From positions 91,760,001 through 91,824,000 of the forward strand of contig OZ024743.1 in the NCBI GenBank assembly GCA_964016885.1: DNA of 64,000 nucleotides, in the 5' to 3' direction. The notes beneath the pieces were generated by a model that made no database searches, was not told where the DNA came from, and saw only the letters and a list, made by a program, of their open reading frames with translations. The first letter of the stretch is position 1; every line of letters begins with the position of its first letter. This document shows, one piece after another, positions 1 to 14,928 of this stretch. The position numbers and the translations under genes were made by a program. The stretch is from Eledone cirrhosa (taxonomy: Eukaryota).

Positions 1-92
1 ACTAAAAAGTCACATTCGTTCAGCGCATCGGTAGGGTTCTCCTACATGGATATAAAGTAGTGGCCATACTCGAAAACAAGTTGGCAGCCACC
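1..92 (+). mobile_element. 3' end of non-autonomous RTE-derived element (window edge)
   Basis: Matches 19053-19144; ends GGCAGCCACC followed by an ATGT-type tail. Confidence 0.75.
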
Positions 93-272
93 ATGTATGT
101 ATGTAGGTGCGCGTATGTATATACGCACGCATGTATGCATATAAGTACCTATGTAAACATATGCGTATGCATATGTGTATGTGTATATGTATGTATGTGT
201 GTGTGTGACTGTATGGGTATATGTATTAGTCAAAACGAAACGAACAGACAAGATGCAATGACTTCATAAGTT

Positions 273-314
<42 letters not shown>

Positions 315-316
315 AC

Positions 317-372
<56 letters not shown>

Positions 373-391
373 GAAGAAGAAGAAGAATGAT

Positions 392-3300
392 GCTTTCTTT
401 ATTAACCACAAGGGTTTACATAAAGTAGACATTAAGGACAGTACAGGACAATACAGGACGGTACAAATGGGCATTTCTGCGTGTAAAAAAAACAAAAACA
501 GAGGATGTAACAAAAAATAACAATGAAAAATTCCCCAAGAGGGGGGAGACTTCCGAGGGACATTTGTGGAGAAAGCCCATTAAAAGGCCACAGTGACCCT
601 GACCACCAGAGCATGTGCCCTCTCCCAGTTTTCCACCTTTAATTTACAGACACATACTCAGAGTAGGCCCATTCACTCGGGCCATACTTGCTTCTCTCAC
701 TCATCTTTCAACAAAATGCTGGGAAGAGAACACTTCCCTCTCTACCCTGATTTTCCTTTTCAAATGAAATTTGAAAAAGTTAATCAGGGCATCACCGAAG
801 AGGTAAGTGCTCGTCTTCAGCACTTTCAAACATGTCCACCATACTATCTCTTTCGCCATGGCCACCAGACATAAATCCTGCCTGCCCTTCCCGGCTAAAG
901 GAAGATAGCGGGGCAATCCTCACGATGGACTCAGCTGATAGCTGGATCCGTCCTACACGTGACAGCAGGTGTTCGACATAAACCCACAAGTCAGCAATGC
1001 TCGGACACTGGACGAGTGCGTGCAGGATGGTTTCGTCGCCCTGCGCGCATCTCAGACATGCCCGGCTGACGGCACCTCCATGCCTGTAGAGTTTATCCCG
1101 AACTGGCAAAGCTCCTCGGTAGCACTGCCAGGCCAGGGATTTCTGGAAGTTGTCCATAGGCCCCGGCCCGAAAGTTCTTCCGAAGAGATTGGCTAGTTGA
1201 TTTTCGTCGACACCTAGAGTTTCTCCAAGTACGTCGTCGCTCTTCCCCTCCACTAATCCTCTATAGAAACCAAGGTTGAGTTTCCACCGATCACATTGCC
1301 CGAGTGGTCGAGGGCTGTGAGCGCCTGAAGACATTCCAGTCTCCAAGCGCTCCCTCTCGGTCTTCGCTTGACCCAGGACTGCAGCTCCGTCAAGGAGACG
1401 AGCTGGGGAAAGACGCGTCTAGCAAAGGGCATTTGTATGTGTGGAGGCGGTGTGAACTTTTGGGGTGTTGTGTAGTCTTTTTCTGTGTTGCTTGTGTTGC
1501 GTTGGATATAGTGTAATCGTTGGTTGTTGTTCAAATTTAATGCTGTGTAGTGTGTATCGTTTTGGTTGTTTTGTTTTGTTTGCGTTTGTTGTGGGTTTGT
1601 TTCTGTTTCGCTTTTTGGTGACTTTTGTGGTGTTGGTGATGGTGGTGTTGGGGTTAATGATGGTGATGGTGTTGGTGTTTGTGGTGATGGGGTTGGTGAT
1701 GCTGGTGTGGATGGTGGCATAGCTGTCCTAACTTTTTTGTTTGATAGTTTATTTGTTTCCCTCTGTATTTTGTTTTTGGAAGGGGAAGGAAGAGGATTTT
1801 TTTCTTTTTTGGCTTCTTTTTCTTTTTTTCTTTTTCCTGATACCGTTTCCCACTCCTCGTCGTCACAATCTGTCTCCAGTTGCGATAAGTTGGGGAGTGG
1901 AAAATCTTCCACAGGTGTTGGTTTTGGTTGTGGCGTGGTGGATGGTATAGGCGCTGGTGCTAGTTCTGGCGCGTTGGGTGGTGGTGGTGTTGATTTTGTT
2001 ACTGTTGCTGGGGTTGTTGCTGCTACTGTTGCTTCTGTTGTTGCTGCTACAGTTGTTGCTGCCATTTCTGCTGCTGGTGGTGTTGATGGTTGAGTCACTG
2101 GGGTGGGTAAGAGAGGTGGCCATAACTTTTTAGCCTGAGGGCAGAAAGCCCTTAGGTGGGTTCCTTCACCACAAACGACACACCTAGGCCTTCTACCCTC
2201 GACGATTACGGTGAGGTGGCTGCCGTCAGTGAGGTCTATTACCTCTGGGATCTCCTCAATGCTTTTTTGGTCCGCTTGGATCAGGTGCTCCATCCCAGAT
2301 CCGGACCAGTTCTCCTGCTTTTCTTTTGCTATTTCTATTATTTTGGTGTTGGCCTCGATGCCGGCGAGGACGGCAGCCATTAGCGAGGGAATTTCGATGG
2401 CCGGTGGAACGTGGGTCACCCTGATCTTTACGAGTCTCTGGCCACAATAGCTTGGGACGAGTGTGAAGTCGTTGCTTCTTAATGGAATGCTCTCTGGCCT
2501 CCTGTGGTGTTCCAAAGAACACGCCCACGGTTCCATATTTCTGCCCACGTCTGATGTGGGTTTTTTTTGCCCACACATGGATTTGGGACTCGGATGCCAA
2601 TTCCACTCGGCGCGATTTCATGTTAATCGTCCGATAAGACACGGTGCATATGCGCCGATGCTCCATTTTATTTGGTGGGGTGGGGTGGGGTGGGGTAGGG
2701 GTGGGGTGAGGCTGACCCTGTACACATCTTTCTTTACCATTCTCTTGGCTTCATCTAATTCCTCCTGAGTTACCTGGTATGTTTCGCATTTTTTGGCTGC
2801 CTTCGCAACTGACACGATGTTATTCTCATTGTTGTTGTTGCTGTTGTTGTTATTTTTATTTTTGTTATTGTTATTTTTAGTTTCAGTTGTGGTGGTGGTG
2901 GCGTCAGTGGTGTTCGGTGTGGAAGAGTCCATTCTGGGTGAATCCATTTCGATGTCACGAGATAATTTTTTTTTGTTTCTGTTGTCGCTGTGGTGGTGGT
3001 GGGGTGGCGGCTTCAACACCTACAGTCATTGGTAATGGCAGGAAATGAATGTCTGCATGAGACAAATTTAAATTATTGCTACTGCTTATATTTTTAGTGT
3101 TGGCAAACGTAGTAATATTTACAATGGTGGTGTCGGAGTGAGGTGTTATTTTGTGAGGAAGGTGTGACTGTGAGTCGTCCATGATTTTTTCAAAGAAATT
3201 TTTTGTTTGATAATTATAAAAGTTTAAATTTTGGGCTCAAGGCCCCAATTTCTTTGAGTGTCCTTTTCCGAAAGCAAATTTTGTGACCTTATAAACAGTT

Positions 3301-3396
3301 AACAACAAAAACTTCCCATAAATGGCAATTTTAAACAAACGAAAACAACAAACCTTTGCGGAGCTCACGATGATACGATTTCCTACGTAGATCGCC
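392..3396 (-). mobile_element. Tx1-like LINE, internally deleted copy with both termini intact
   Basis: Colinear with 56504-62293 except for a deletion of about 2.78 kb at about 1430; (AAT)n on both sides; ORF1 zinc knuckle CVVCGEGTHLRAFC; ORF2 C-terminal CLRCAQGDETILHALVQC. Confidence 0.92.
1253..3182 (-). pseudogene. Tx1 ORF1 (frameshifted) joined in frame to the ORF2 C-terminal region
   Basis: ORF 1253..2578 runs from ORF1 KFTPPPHIQ into ORF2 PFARRVFPQLVSLTELQSW; upstream ORF pieces 2618..3019 and 2955..3182. Confidence 0.8.
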
Positions 3397-3410
3397 AATA
3401 ATAATAATAA

Positions 3411-3501
<91 letters not shown>

Positions 3502-3509
3502 AATAATAA

Positions 3510-4397
3510 GGGGATTTCCAAGGAGGAAATAACAACAAGGAGGAAGAGCGACTTTCATGGAAAATCCCTTCATAGTACCTTCTTTAAGAAAACGGAATTT
3601 AGAGATCCACATACATGGAACTGGTTAAAAAGAGGAGACCTTAAAAAAGCTACAGAAGGAATGCTAATGGTTGCGCAAGAGCAAGCCCTCAGAACGAAGT
3701 GGGTGAAACACCATATTGACAAGGAGGAGGCTAGCTCACTGTGTAGGGTCTGTGGAGAGAGAGAGGAGACTTTGGCTCACATTGTATCCAAGTGTAAACA
3801 CCTAGCCCAGTCTCACTATAAAGGCTGGAGACATGATGTGATAGGCAGGGTGATCCACTGGCACCTGTGCAAAGTAAACAATTTACCACATTCGGAGAAG
3901 TGGTATGAGCATAAGCCAGAGTCGGTGATAGAAAACGAACAGGTGAAGGTGCTATGGGATTTTAGGATACAGACTGACAAAAAATTAGAACAGAATAGGC
4001 CTGACCTGGTGGTTTTGGACAAGGAAAAAATATCGTGCCTGATTGTAGATGTAGCCTGCCCATTTGACACGAGAGTGCAAGAAAAGAAGAGGGAGAAAAT
4101 TAACCGATACCAGGATTTAAAGTGGGAGTTAAAAAGGATTTGGAACTGCCAGGAAATCAAGGTCGTCCCGATTGTCATAGGCACACTAGGTACTATCTCA
4201 AAGAGTTTCCAAGAATGGTTAAAGAAGATTAGTCTAGCACCGCTTTTTGGAACACTTCAACAGGCATGCTTGCTGGGAACAGCAAGAACCCTCCGATACG
4301 TACTGAATATCTGAGGCTGCAGGTAGCGGCTTGATATTCATAACAAACTTTCCAGTTAAATAACATCAATGACTGAGACTCAAAGAACAAAAATAAT
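3510..4397 (+). mobile_element. 5'-truncated R4/Dong-like non-LTR retrotransposon (CCHC finger plus RLE endonuclease)
   Basis: ORF 3661..4314: AQEQALRT, CRVCGEREETLAHIVSKC, RHD, RPDLVV, IVDVACPFD, KINRYQDL, PIVIGTLG; begins directly after a (TAA)n tract. Confidence 0.88.
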
Positions 4398-4403
4398 GAT
4401 ATT

Positions 4404-4523
<120 letters not shown>

Positions 4524-4769
4524 AATTTAATCTGAGTTTTTCGAATATTAATAATAATATTCGATTCGTTTGCAATTATACCAACAGCCTCTTTTTTAAA
4601 GCCATGTCAGTAGAATGAGTCCCTCATTCTTGCTCTTGTGTTGGCATGTAAACAGAACTGCAAACACTAATGTTTCTGGGTATTACCCTTCATCAGTGCA
4701 GTTCACTGTTCACCTGCCAACTATCAGAGCTAGTGAAAATATATATTTTCTAAAATATACAGTGACCAA

Positions 4770-4865
4770 CCGACCTAATTTGCATATTAGCAAACTGGTT
4801 GATCAGTCAGATCTGCATATTAGCAGATCCACTGATCAACCAGATTTGCATATCAGCAGACTGGC
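4770..4865. repeat. Three degenerate 33-bp tandem units carrying ATTTGCAT/ATCTGCAT
   Basis: Motif starts at 4778, 4811 and 4844. Confidence 0.6.
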
Positions 4866-4973
4866 CAGTCAGTTTCCTGTATACGAGCGATCAATGGCCG
4901 GCTTTGCCATATTCAGCCAGTCTGCTAATTATTTATTTAATTATTAAATAAAAATGGCGTAGACATTACAATA

Positions 4974-5011
4974 CACTGATGATGTTGCAGATGTGCAACG
5001 AAAGAACTTTG
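4974..5011 (+). ncRNA. Type I hammerhead motif, extra-nucleotide variant
   Basis: ca CTGATGA t gttgca-gatg-tgcaac GAAA gaac TT tg; stem I only 2 bp. Confidence 0.6.
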
Positions 5012-5085
5012 ATAGACTATATATATTTATATCTGTATTTTTAACCGTTGGTCAATCAATGATAAACATTGATAATATCAGAAGT

Positions 5086-5160
<75 letters not shown>

Positions 5161-5400
5161 AAACATTGATTGCCAAATAAATTAACTATGGAGATATAAA
5201 AGATACAGAAGCGAAAACCAAGCAAACAGTGAATGTGTTCTGTTATTATTTCTGGCAATATTATTACAACAATATGACCCTCCCCAAGTATAACTATATA
5301 TATATATGAGATCGACTGAACTGGTAAGTCAGATTGCACAAGGGGGGATCAAAGGTTTAAACGGAAGTATAGTGTATTTCATGATTAGAGTAGTTGTAAA

Positions 5401-5622
5401 GGGCGGCAGATTGGCAGTATCGGTAGTGGGTCGGACGCCATGCTTTGCAGCATAGAGTTACGGCCCTTTATAATCTGAGTTCAAATCCCTCTGAGGTTAA
5501 CTTTGCCTTTCATCATCACGGGGTCTATAAAATAAAGTACCAGTCACGTACTGGGGTCGATTTAATCGACTTTCCCCTCCCCCAAAATTGATGGCCTTGT
5601 GCCTATATAAGAAACAATTATT
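5401..5622 (+). mobile_element. tRNA-derived SINE, family 1
   Basis: TGGCAGTATCGG A-box-like, GAGTTCAAATCC B-box, GCCTTTCATC..GGGGTCGATAAAATAAAGTACC core, GAAACAATTATT tail. Confidence 0.85.
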
Positions 5623-5639
5623 AGAGCAGTTGTTATCTA

Positions 5640-6000
5640 TATGTGGTGTGGTAAATAAATATATACATATACACCAGGATGGAACTATACTCTCACAGTC
5701 ACTACCTCCGTCTCTCCCGCTCACCCCATCTCTCACTATTATAAGAACATGTGGGCCTACACGTTGGTCGTCCGTCCTGCGCTCCCTGCCGACAGAATAG
5801 AGAAGGGGTTTCCCCGGAGGATGGAGAGGGAGATGCGTTGGAAGAGCCACTCCAGCTCGCGAGGTTCACACCTGCGGGTAGTTAACTTTTTTGCCGATGG
5901 TGGTGAATAGGGAGGTGGTCTTAGGGCCAAGGACACCAGAGGTCTCCACTGTTACGGGCTCCACTGCAAACCTGTAGGAGAGTGATCGCTATTTGGAGTT
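5640..6000 (-). mobile_element. CRE-clade-like RLE retrotransposon 3' relic
   Basis: Minus strand reads VETSGVLGP...PRELEWLFQRISLSILRGN; 3' UTR shared with 42430-42705. Confidence 0.65.
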
Positions 6001-6285
6001 TTATTAGGTAGGGCAGTAATGGGACTGAGAGAGAGAGAGGGGGTAGAAAGGTAGCTGGAGGGATATAGAGGGAGGAATCCAATTAGTGACACTATGAGGT
6101 TTCTCTATTCATCATGGTCTTACACCGTCTCCATCAAGACACTGTTATGTAATACATCATCTTCTTTAAGGATTTTCTTGAGATTCGGGTTCGGACGACC
6201 AAATCTACGAATGACATTCGGGGACCATAATAGAACACTTGCTGCAGCTTCACTGTTTCATTACATGTCCAGCAAGAGCTAGACG

Positions 6286-7250
<965 letters not shown>

Positions 7251-7475
7251 TATCTAAGTCTGTATATATATGGATTAAACTGCAAACTATAAATGTAATA
7301 TACTTTATATTGTTTTTGTTTTTGATTTCCTGTTTTGTTTTGCGTTAAGTTCAAAGCAATAAATGTTTGTTTTACTATAGGAAGAAAATATATATTTTCA
7401 TGATTACATTTTGATAAAATTCGGCTTTTCAGTCGAGGGTTTTACAAGGTAATCATTTTATTGCATCAGTGAAAC

Positions 7476-7566
<91 letters not shown>

Positions 7567-7750
7567 GTACATATATACATACGTACGTACATACAGACAT
7601 ACATACATACATACATACATACATTTATACATACATGCATACATTCGCACGTACGTACATATATAATACATTCAGGCATACATACGTACGTACGTACATA
7701 TATAATACATGCATGCATACATAATACACACATACATAATACAAACATGA

Positions 7751-8359
7751 TGATGGCTGCCAACTCGTTTTCGAGTACAGACACTACTTTATATCCATGT
7801 AGGAGAACCCCTACCGATGCGCTGAATGAGTGTGACTTTTTAGTCCAGCCAACGACTTGAAAACTCTGGTACAAACACTACACTTGTGACAATTATTGTT
7901 ACATAGTGCTGGGCCCATGGTACCATGTGACGACATGTGCAGAGAGATCTCCAGATATAAAGCAATGCATGTGCCGTGAAGCTTTTATAGTGAGCAAAGG
8001 CACTGCACAAAGCCAGTCCCACTCTCTTAACCAAGATAATATTTACCAAAAAGAAAAACAAGTCAACATCATTGGATACCATCAGGATTGCAGGTGTTAT
8101 ATCAGAGTTTTCCTTCTCCTAGAATTCTGCCTTGACAAAGGCTAAGGGGTCATCTCTCCCGGTGATTTTGGATGGCCATTGACTCTTAAGAGCTCCTTTG
8201 CCCTTTGACAGGTTTTGTTTTTAGTCCTGCAAGATGTACAAAGTCACACTCCTCACCAAGAAACCTTGGTAGGGTTGCCAGTTTAGTCGCCAACGACCCG
8301 ACCATGGGACAGGTTGTACTGGAATACATGTTACCAGTAGCACCAACTGGTGACCTGAC
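7751..8359 (-). mobile_element. Non-autonomous RTE-derived element of about 610 bp in (CATA)n
   Basis: Reverse complement of 18537-19144; CATA-type repeats on both sides. Confidence 0.8.
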
Positions 8360-8419
8360 ATACACACATACATGATACATACATACATACATACATACAT
8401 ACATACATACATACATACA

Positions 8420-8452
<33 letters not shown>

Positions 8453-10219
8453 GCATACATATTTATATGCATACATATATACATAATACACAGGTTCATA
8501 CATACATATATAATACATGCATACATATACATGCATACATTCATACATAATACATACATGCTTGCATACATACATATATACATGTATATATGTATTTATG
8601 CATACATACATGCATGCATACTTGCATATATGCATTTATGTATACATATGCAATGCCTAGGCTTTTTAGAGGCTGCTTTTACTCGCCTCGTCGTAGCTAC
8701 ATCACTGGGTTATGAGAGTTTTCTTGAGAGCTACAGGTGTTGGTTCGGGGTTACTTGTCCGGTAGGATTTCCCTTATATCGCAACTAACCATCATATTTG
8801 GTAACCACATCGCTATCCGCCATCTGCAATCCATTCTCTAGCAGAAAAGCTCTGTCGAGAATTGAGAGATCACAGCTCCGATACAACGGACGTATTTAGT
8901 ATGTCTAAGAGTCTCCGGGCTGCTGTTTCTAGAAGGTTGAGCGACCACAAAGAGGCTCCTGCATTGGTTTGTTTAAATGTCAAGCAGACATATTTGTTAA
9001 CCTAAGCCTAAGTGTTTGTTCAAATAATTAATTCGCTTACATAATGAAACCAGTTTGAAATAATGGAAACCGGTTAAGTTAGTCAGACAGACTAATAATA
9101 GTTCAATAAACCAATAGATAATTGAGTGATCTGAAACGGATGTAATCCTATTAGCTTGGTATGTGTGTATTAGACAATGTATGGTGAATGAAACTGTATC
9201 TGCATTGTATTGGGTAAGCCGTTTCTCGTTGATCAAGGCCGGTTATGTAGTCAAATATAGGCCAGGTCAATGTGACAGCTGGACTGCTGTAGTGGAAACA
9301 ACCTGATCCAAAATGTTCATTAGCAAGAAACTACCCCGGAATGCACGTTAGATCCTGGTACCTCGATCGCTAAATGTAGTTTAATTTCTCCTGAAATTTA
9401 GACCTTATAAATCAAGGTATTTAAAGATGGATGTATAGAAGTCCATAATATCGAATAGGATTCATCTACAGGATGGTATGCTTTGAATGTCATGAAACTG
9501 TATTTTGTCGGTAGTAGATACCTCTAAGTCTCAATTCCCCGTAAATAACCCCCGCGGCGTCAAATAAAGACCGAATAAGTTTCCAGCAATGATCCTTCTG
9601 ATCCTTATTTCTGTTTACAGCAGTGTATGAAATGTCATGAATATATTTCAGTTGTTTATGATGACTTTTTTAGGACAATTATTTCTCCCTAAAAAGCGGC
9701 ATGCAGCAGTAGAGGTTAGTATCATAGCTTTTTTTTGTGGAGGGTTGATTGGCGGTTTGATTTAAACTAAAAACGCACGAGGTTGGAACAAATATCACAA
9801 GACACTCTGCCAATCCGCACACCCCGCCTCATTAGTACTTTATTTATCAACCCAGAAATGAGGAAAAGTAAAAGTTGACCTCGGTGGAATTTGAACGAAT
9901 AACGATGATGTTTGGAACGAATATCGAGGCATTTAATCGAACTCTCTAACGAATCTGCCAATTCGTCGCCATGCCAGCAGTGGTAGCACTCTAAAATTGT
10001 TGAGTGCTGCTTCATTAGTTTGCAGTAAGAAATTTAACTATATTATTTAACTATATTATAAGAAGGATGCCGATCTTGTCTGCTTTACAGGACTCACATT
10101 TAAACAAAAATATATGAAATAAAATATAATCTCAATGGAAATAAAATATGTTTATATATTCAGTGTTAGGAACAAATGATTTTATGAAATATTTGATTAA
10201 TACATATAAGCATTATTAT

Positions 10220-10530
10220 TGGTGGATTGCCGAGGTTAACTTTGCCTTTCATCCTTACGGGGTCGATAAAATAAAGTACCAGTAATGTACTGGGTAATTG
10301 CTAGCCTTGTGCCTAAAGTAGAAACAATTATTATTGGTGGATTGGCAGTATCGGTAGAGGGTCGAACGCCATGCTTTGACGTATAGAGTTACGGCCCTTG
10401 CCATTCTGAGTTCAAATCCCGCCAAGGTTAACTTTGCCTTTCATCCTTACGGGGGGTCGATAAAATAAAGTACCAGTAATGCACTGGGTAATTGTTGGCC
10501 TTGTGCCAAAAGTAGAAACAATTATTATTA
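10220..10530 (+). mobile_element. Two tandem family 1 SINEs (first internally deleted)
   Basis: Repeated core and ATT tails. Confidence 0.85.
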
Positions 10531-10658
10531 TTATTATTATTATATATATTTTTTTTTTCACTTAAAATAGCGTCAGTACATTTAATTCTATTTGATGGCC
10601 ACATCAACGTATTTACTTTATTTATATGCCTACTTTTTTTTTATTTCCGTCTAACATG

Positions 10659-10748
<90 letters not shown>

Positions 10749-10799
10749 ATAGAGAGAGGGAGAGAGAGAAAGAAAGATATACATTATATATTTATATAT

Positions 10800-10859
<60 letters not shown>

Positions 10860-10989
10860 CATGTTTGTAAAGGAAACATTGTGTAATGTTATCCGCTAAC
10901 ATTTTCAAAACTACATTAGCAGGTGCAATTTTAAACACTTCAATTTCTACTTATTTTTGATTGATTCATTTCTAGATACTTACCATTAT

Positions 10990-11600
10990 AGGCGCGTGGC
11001 TTTATGATTAGGCTATTTGGCTCACAAATGTAAGGTCATGATTTCGATTCCCGGTGGCGTGTTGTGTTCTTGAACAAGACACTTTATTTCTCGTTTCTCC
11101 AGTTCATTCAGATGGTAAAAATGAGTTCCCAAAACCAGCCTTGTCACACACTGTGTGACACTGAATCTATCTGATAGCTACGTTAAGGGTGCACGTGTCT
11201 GTGGAATGCTTAACGACTTACACATGAATTTATTGAGCAGGCTGTCATAGTTTTGGAAAATAAGTACTGGGTTCTGTATGATCGGACCAATCCCTTCAAT
11301 GTGAAACCCCAACATGGCCGCAGTCTAATTACTGAAACGAGTAAAGGAATAAAGGAATAAAAGAATAAAAGAATTTAGATTTGAGATGGAATACTACTTA
11401 TTTTAATTCACGTATTGGCAGAATCCTTGGAGAAAACACCTTGTTTCGGCTCTCTAGGTTAAATACCACTCTGAGGTCAAATACCATCGAGGTCAAGGTT
11501 GCTGTTCATCATTCTCGTGTTAAATGAAGTACCAGTCAAATATTGAGGTCGATTTAACCAACTAATCCGTCCATCTAAATTTCTGACCATGTTAGACACT
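10990..11600 (+). mobile_element. Degenerate SINE cluster (family 2 tRNA head and family 1 relic)
   Basis: TTCGATTCC B-box-like at about 11045; similarity to 41830-42120 and 63318-63640. Confidence 0.55.
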
Positions 11601-11656
11601 ACGATAATGTTTGGTATCTATTGATCAGAAATGGCCTGGGGTTAAAAAACAACAAC

Positions 11657-12000
11657 AGAAGAAGAAGAAGAAGAAGAAGAAGAAGAAGAAGAAGAAGAAG
11701 AAGAAGAAGAAGAAGAAGAAGAAGAAGAAGAAGAAGAAGAAGAAGAAGAAGAAGAAGAAGAAGAAGAAGAAGAAGAAACATCAACAACACTGATAATAAC
11801 AATAACAGCAATGACAACAGCTACAACAACAACTGTACCAACAACAACACTACCACCACCACCACCACTAACAACAACTACAACAACATCTGCAACAGCA
11901 GCAAAACAATTGCTACAATAATAATACCGACTGCAACAACAACAACCACAACAACAACAACAATACCACTAATAACAACAGCACAACTAATACTATCACT

Positions 12001-12032
<32 letters not shown>

Positions 12033-12558
12033 CAACAACTGCAGCAACAAAACAACTGCTACAATAATAATACCAACAACAACAACGGGTAAGACAACAG
12101 TAACAAAAATAACGACAACAACAACAGCAACAAAAGCAACAACAGTAACAACAACAAATACGACAACAACAGCAGCAGCAACAAAAACAACAACAGTAAC
12201 AACAAAAACGACAACAACAACAGCAGTAGTAACAAAAACAACAACAACTGCAGCAGCAGTAACAACAAAAACAACAACAACAACAGCAGCAGCAGTAACA
12301 ACAAAAACGACAACAACAGCAGTAGTAACAAAAACAACAACAACAACAGCAGCAGCAGCAGTAACAACAAAAACGACAACAACAACAGCAGCAACAACAA
12401 AAACGACAACAACAACAGCAGCAGCAGCAAAGATAACAACAACAACAACAACAGCAGCCTCAGTAACAACAAAAAACGACAACAACAACAGCAGCAACAA
12501 AAACAATAACAGTAACAACAAAAACGACAACAACAACAGCAGCAGCAGCAGCAAAGAT

Positions 12559-12592
<34 letters not shown>

Positions 12593-12800
12593 CCAACAAC
12601 AACAGCAGCAGTAACAACAAAAACGACAACAACAACAGCAGCAACAACAAAAACGACAACAACAACAGCAGCAGCAGCAGCAGCAAAGACAACAACAACA
12701 ACAACAACAACAGCAGCAGCAGCAGCAAAAACAACAACAGCAGCAGAGAGCAACAAAAACGACGACAACAATAACAACAACACCAATAACAACAATAGCA
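11657..12800. repeat. (AAG)n followed by degenerate CAA/CAG-rich array
   Basis: Direct inspection. Confidence 0.95.
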
Positions 12801-13169
12801 TATGATGTTCGACAAAAACTACATCAATTAACTAACATAGGAACTCTTACCAGAAACAAACAAATGAAGGTTAGTCACGTGATAGACATTATTCTGTCAC
12901 AGTTTTTGTATTTTTCTTGTTTTGTTGATTTTATTTTGATTTTGTTTTTGTTTTTGTTTTTTTATGTGTTTTTCCTTTTATGGGCACGTGAATTTGTGTA
13001 GATTGCGGTAGAGTAGTTATTAGAAACTTCCTTTGCCTGATGCGGATCATTGGTCAGAAATGGCGGCCAGTGCAGGAAGGTATTTAGTTGCTAGGTTACC
13101 ACTGTCTGAGGCTCGTCCATCATTGTTTTCCATGTGGAGTTCTTCCACCTCATACCACTCTCTTTCCAG

Positions 13170-13235
<66 letters not shown>

Positions 13236-13280
13236 AAGCAATCTTTCTATCTCGCTCTCTTTCTCGATATATTATATATA

Positions 13281-13326
13281 TTGTCTGATGAGCGTGTGAT
13301 AAACAGGCGAAACACCAGGGTAACAA
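13281..13326 (+). ncRNA. Type I hammerhead ribozyme motif, intact core
   Basis: ttgt CTGATGA gcgtgt-gataa-acaggc GAAA c-accagg-g TA acaa; predicted cut after 13322 (GUA). Confidence 0.75.
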
Positions 13327-13495
13327 AACTCACTATTTAGCCTTGCATATTAAAACTCTACTCTGGTATATGGATATATATATATAAGTAACCTGGGTGA
13401 TCGATATTGAAACAATTGTAATATGCAAATAAAGTACATATTGTTCATATGCTGAAACACTGCTTGCACTATTTTATATATATATATATATATAT

Positions 13496-13928
13496 AAAGA
13501 TTTACATATACATAAAGTCACAGATATATATGTGGCAACCGTTCACGATGTGGCTCAATGAAGAATTAATAAATTAAATAATCAGAGCAATATATCATAA
13601 AACATGTCTATAGAATCACCAGATAAAATATATACCGTTTCCTCTCCCAATTAGCATAATTAACCATATAAAAAAATCAATTAGACCAGGCTATAAGAAT
13701 AAAGGCTCCTCTGAAGAAATATTTGATAAATAACCGAAAGCAGCCCCTTCGCGGTTGACCACAATAGAATATTTACCCAACATTTCAACAGCATGTAGAA
13801 ACTGACTAAATATACCGTCAACCATACACAATTAGGTATAAATTTAAAGTTGGAAGAAATGTGTACATATCGTAATTATATCCCTACCATGGTTTCGTTC
13901 GTATTAATAATTCTAAGGACATGATTTA

Positions 13929-13930
<2 letters not shown>
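13496..13930 (-). mobile_element. TA-anchored repeat family X, truncated inside its hammerhead
   Basis: Homologous to 36225-36560 and 53903-54850; minus strand retains cgaac GAAA c-catg-g TA ggga at 13881-13901; (TA)n on both sides. Confidence 0.75.
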
Positions 13931-13983
<53 letters not shown>

Positions 13984-14156
13984 AGCAAATTATAAATGTA
14001 AACATGTAAGTATGTTTTTGAAACGGTGCGCGAGTTTGAAAATTAGAAATTAAATATTATAAGCTTTCACCGTATTTTAGACTAAAGAAATTTCTAGCCT
14101 GATAGTGGGGTTTATAACCCTCGGAGAAATGGAAAAAGATGAGTGTTGCCGTACAC

Positions 14157-14218
<62 letters not shown>

Positions 14219-14290
14219 ATATATATATATGTATATATATATGTATATATATATATATGTATATATATATAATATATATATATATATATA

Positions 14291-14323
<33 letters not shown>

Positions 14324-14388
14324 TTTGTATATATATATATGTATATATATATAATATATATATATATATATAATATATATATATATAC

Positions 14389-14434
<46 letters not shown>

Positions 14435-14466
14435 TATAATATATATATATATTATAATATATATAT

Positions 14467-14535
<69 letters not shown>

Positions 14536-14543
14536 TATATATA

Positions 14544-14928
14544 TATAAACGTTTGAATTTGTAAAGCCAAACAATGCAGGTATGGACATAGAATAAAAAA
14601 AAATGCAAATGCAAAAGATATTGTTGACAATTAGTCTTTTACCTTAGATTTATTTAAATGTCCTTAATTTTCGAGATAATATCTCTTCTTCGGAGGGAAG
14701 TAAAGCGGTTAAACTCTATACCGTTTCCTGTCAGCATGACTTGGCAAGCTATTTAGAACACTGGTTTAACCGCTTTACTTCGAAGAAGAGATATTATTTC
14801 GAAAATTAAGGATATTTAAATAAATCTAAAGTAAAAGACTAATTGTCACCAATATCTTTTGCATTTGCATTTTTTTTATTCTATGTCCATACCTGCATTG
14901 TTTGGCTTTACAAACTCATACGTTTATA
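14544..14928. repeat. Inverted repeat (arms 14544-14714 and 14764-14928) beside (TA)n, with degenerate hammerhead
   Basis: Arms are reverse complements; left arm minus strand reads cct CCGAAGA a gagata-t-tatctc GAAA at TA agg. Confidence 0.85.

Noticed and set aside
1420-1440. Spliced origin for the Tx1 deletion
   Set aside because: Deleted segment on the sense strand begins CA and ends TC, not GT..AG
5401-5500. tRNA gene
   Set aside because: A/B boxes belong to a SINE head; no cloverleaf
13343-13428. Second hammerhead half (GAAA caattg TA atatgcaa pairing with ttgcatat)
   Set aside because: No recognisable CUGANGA core, so not counted
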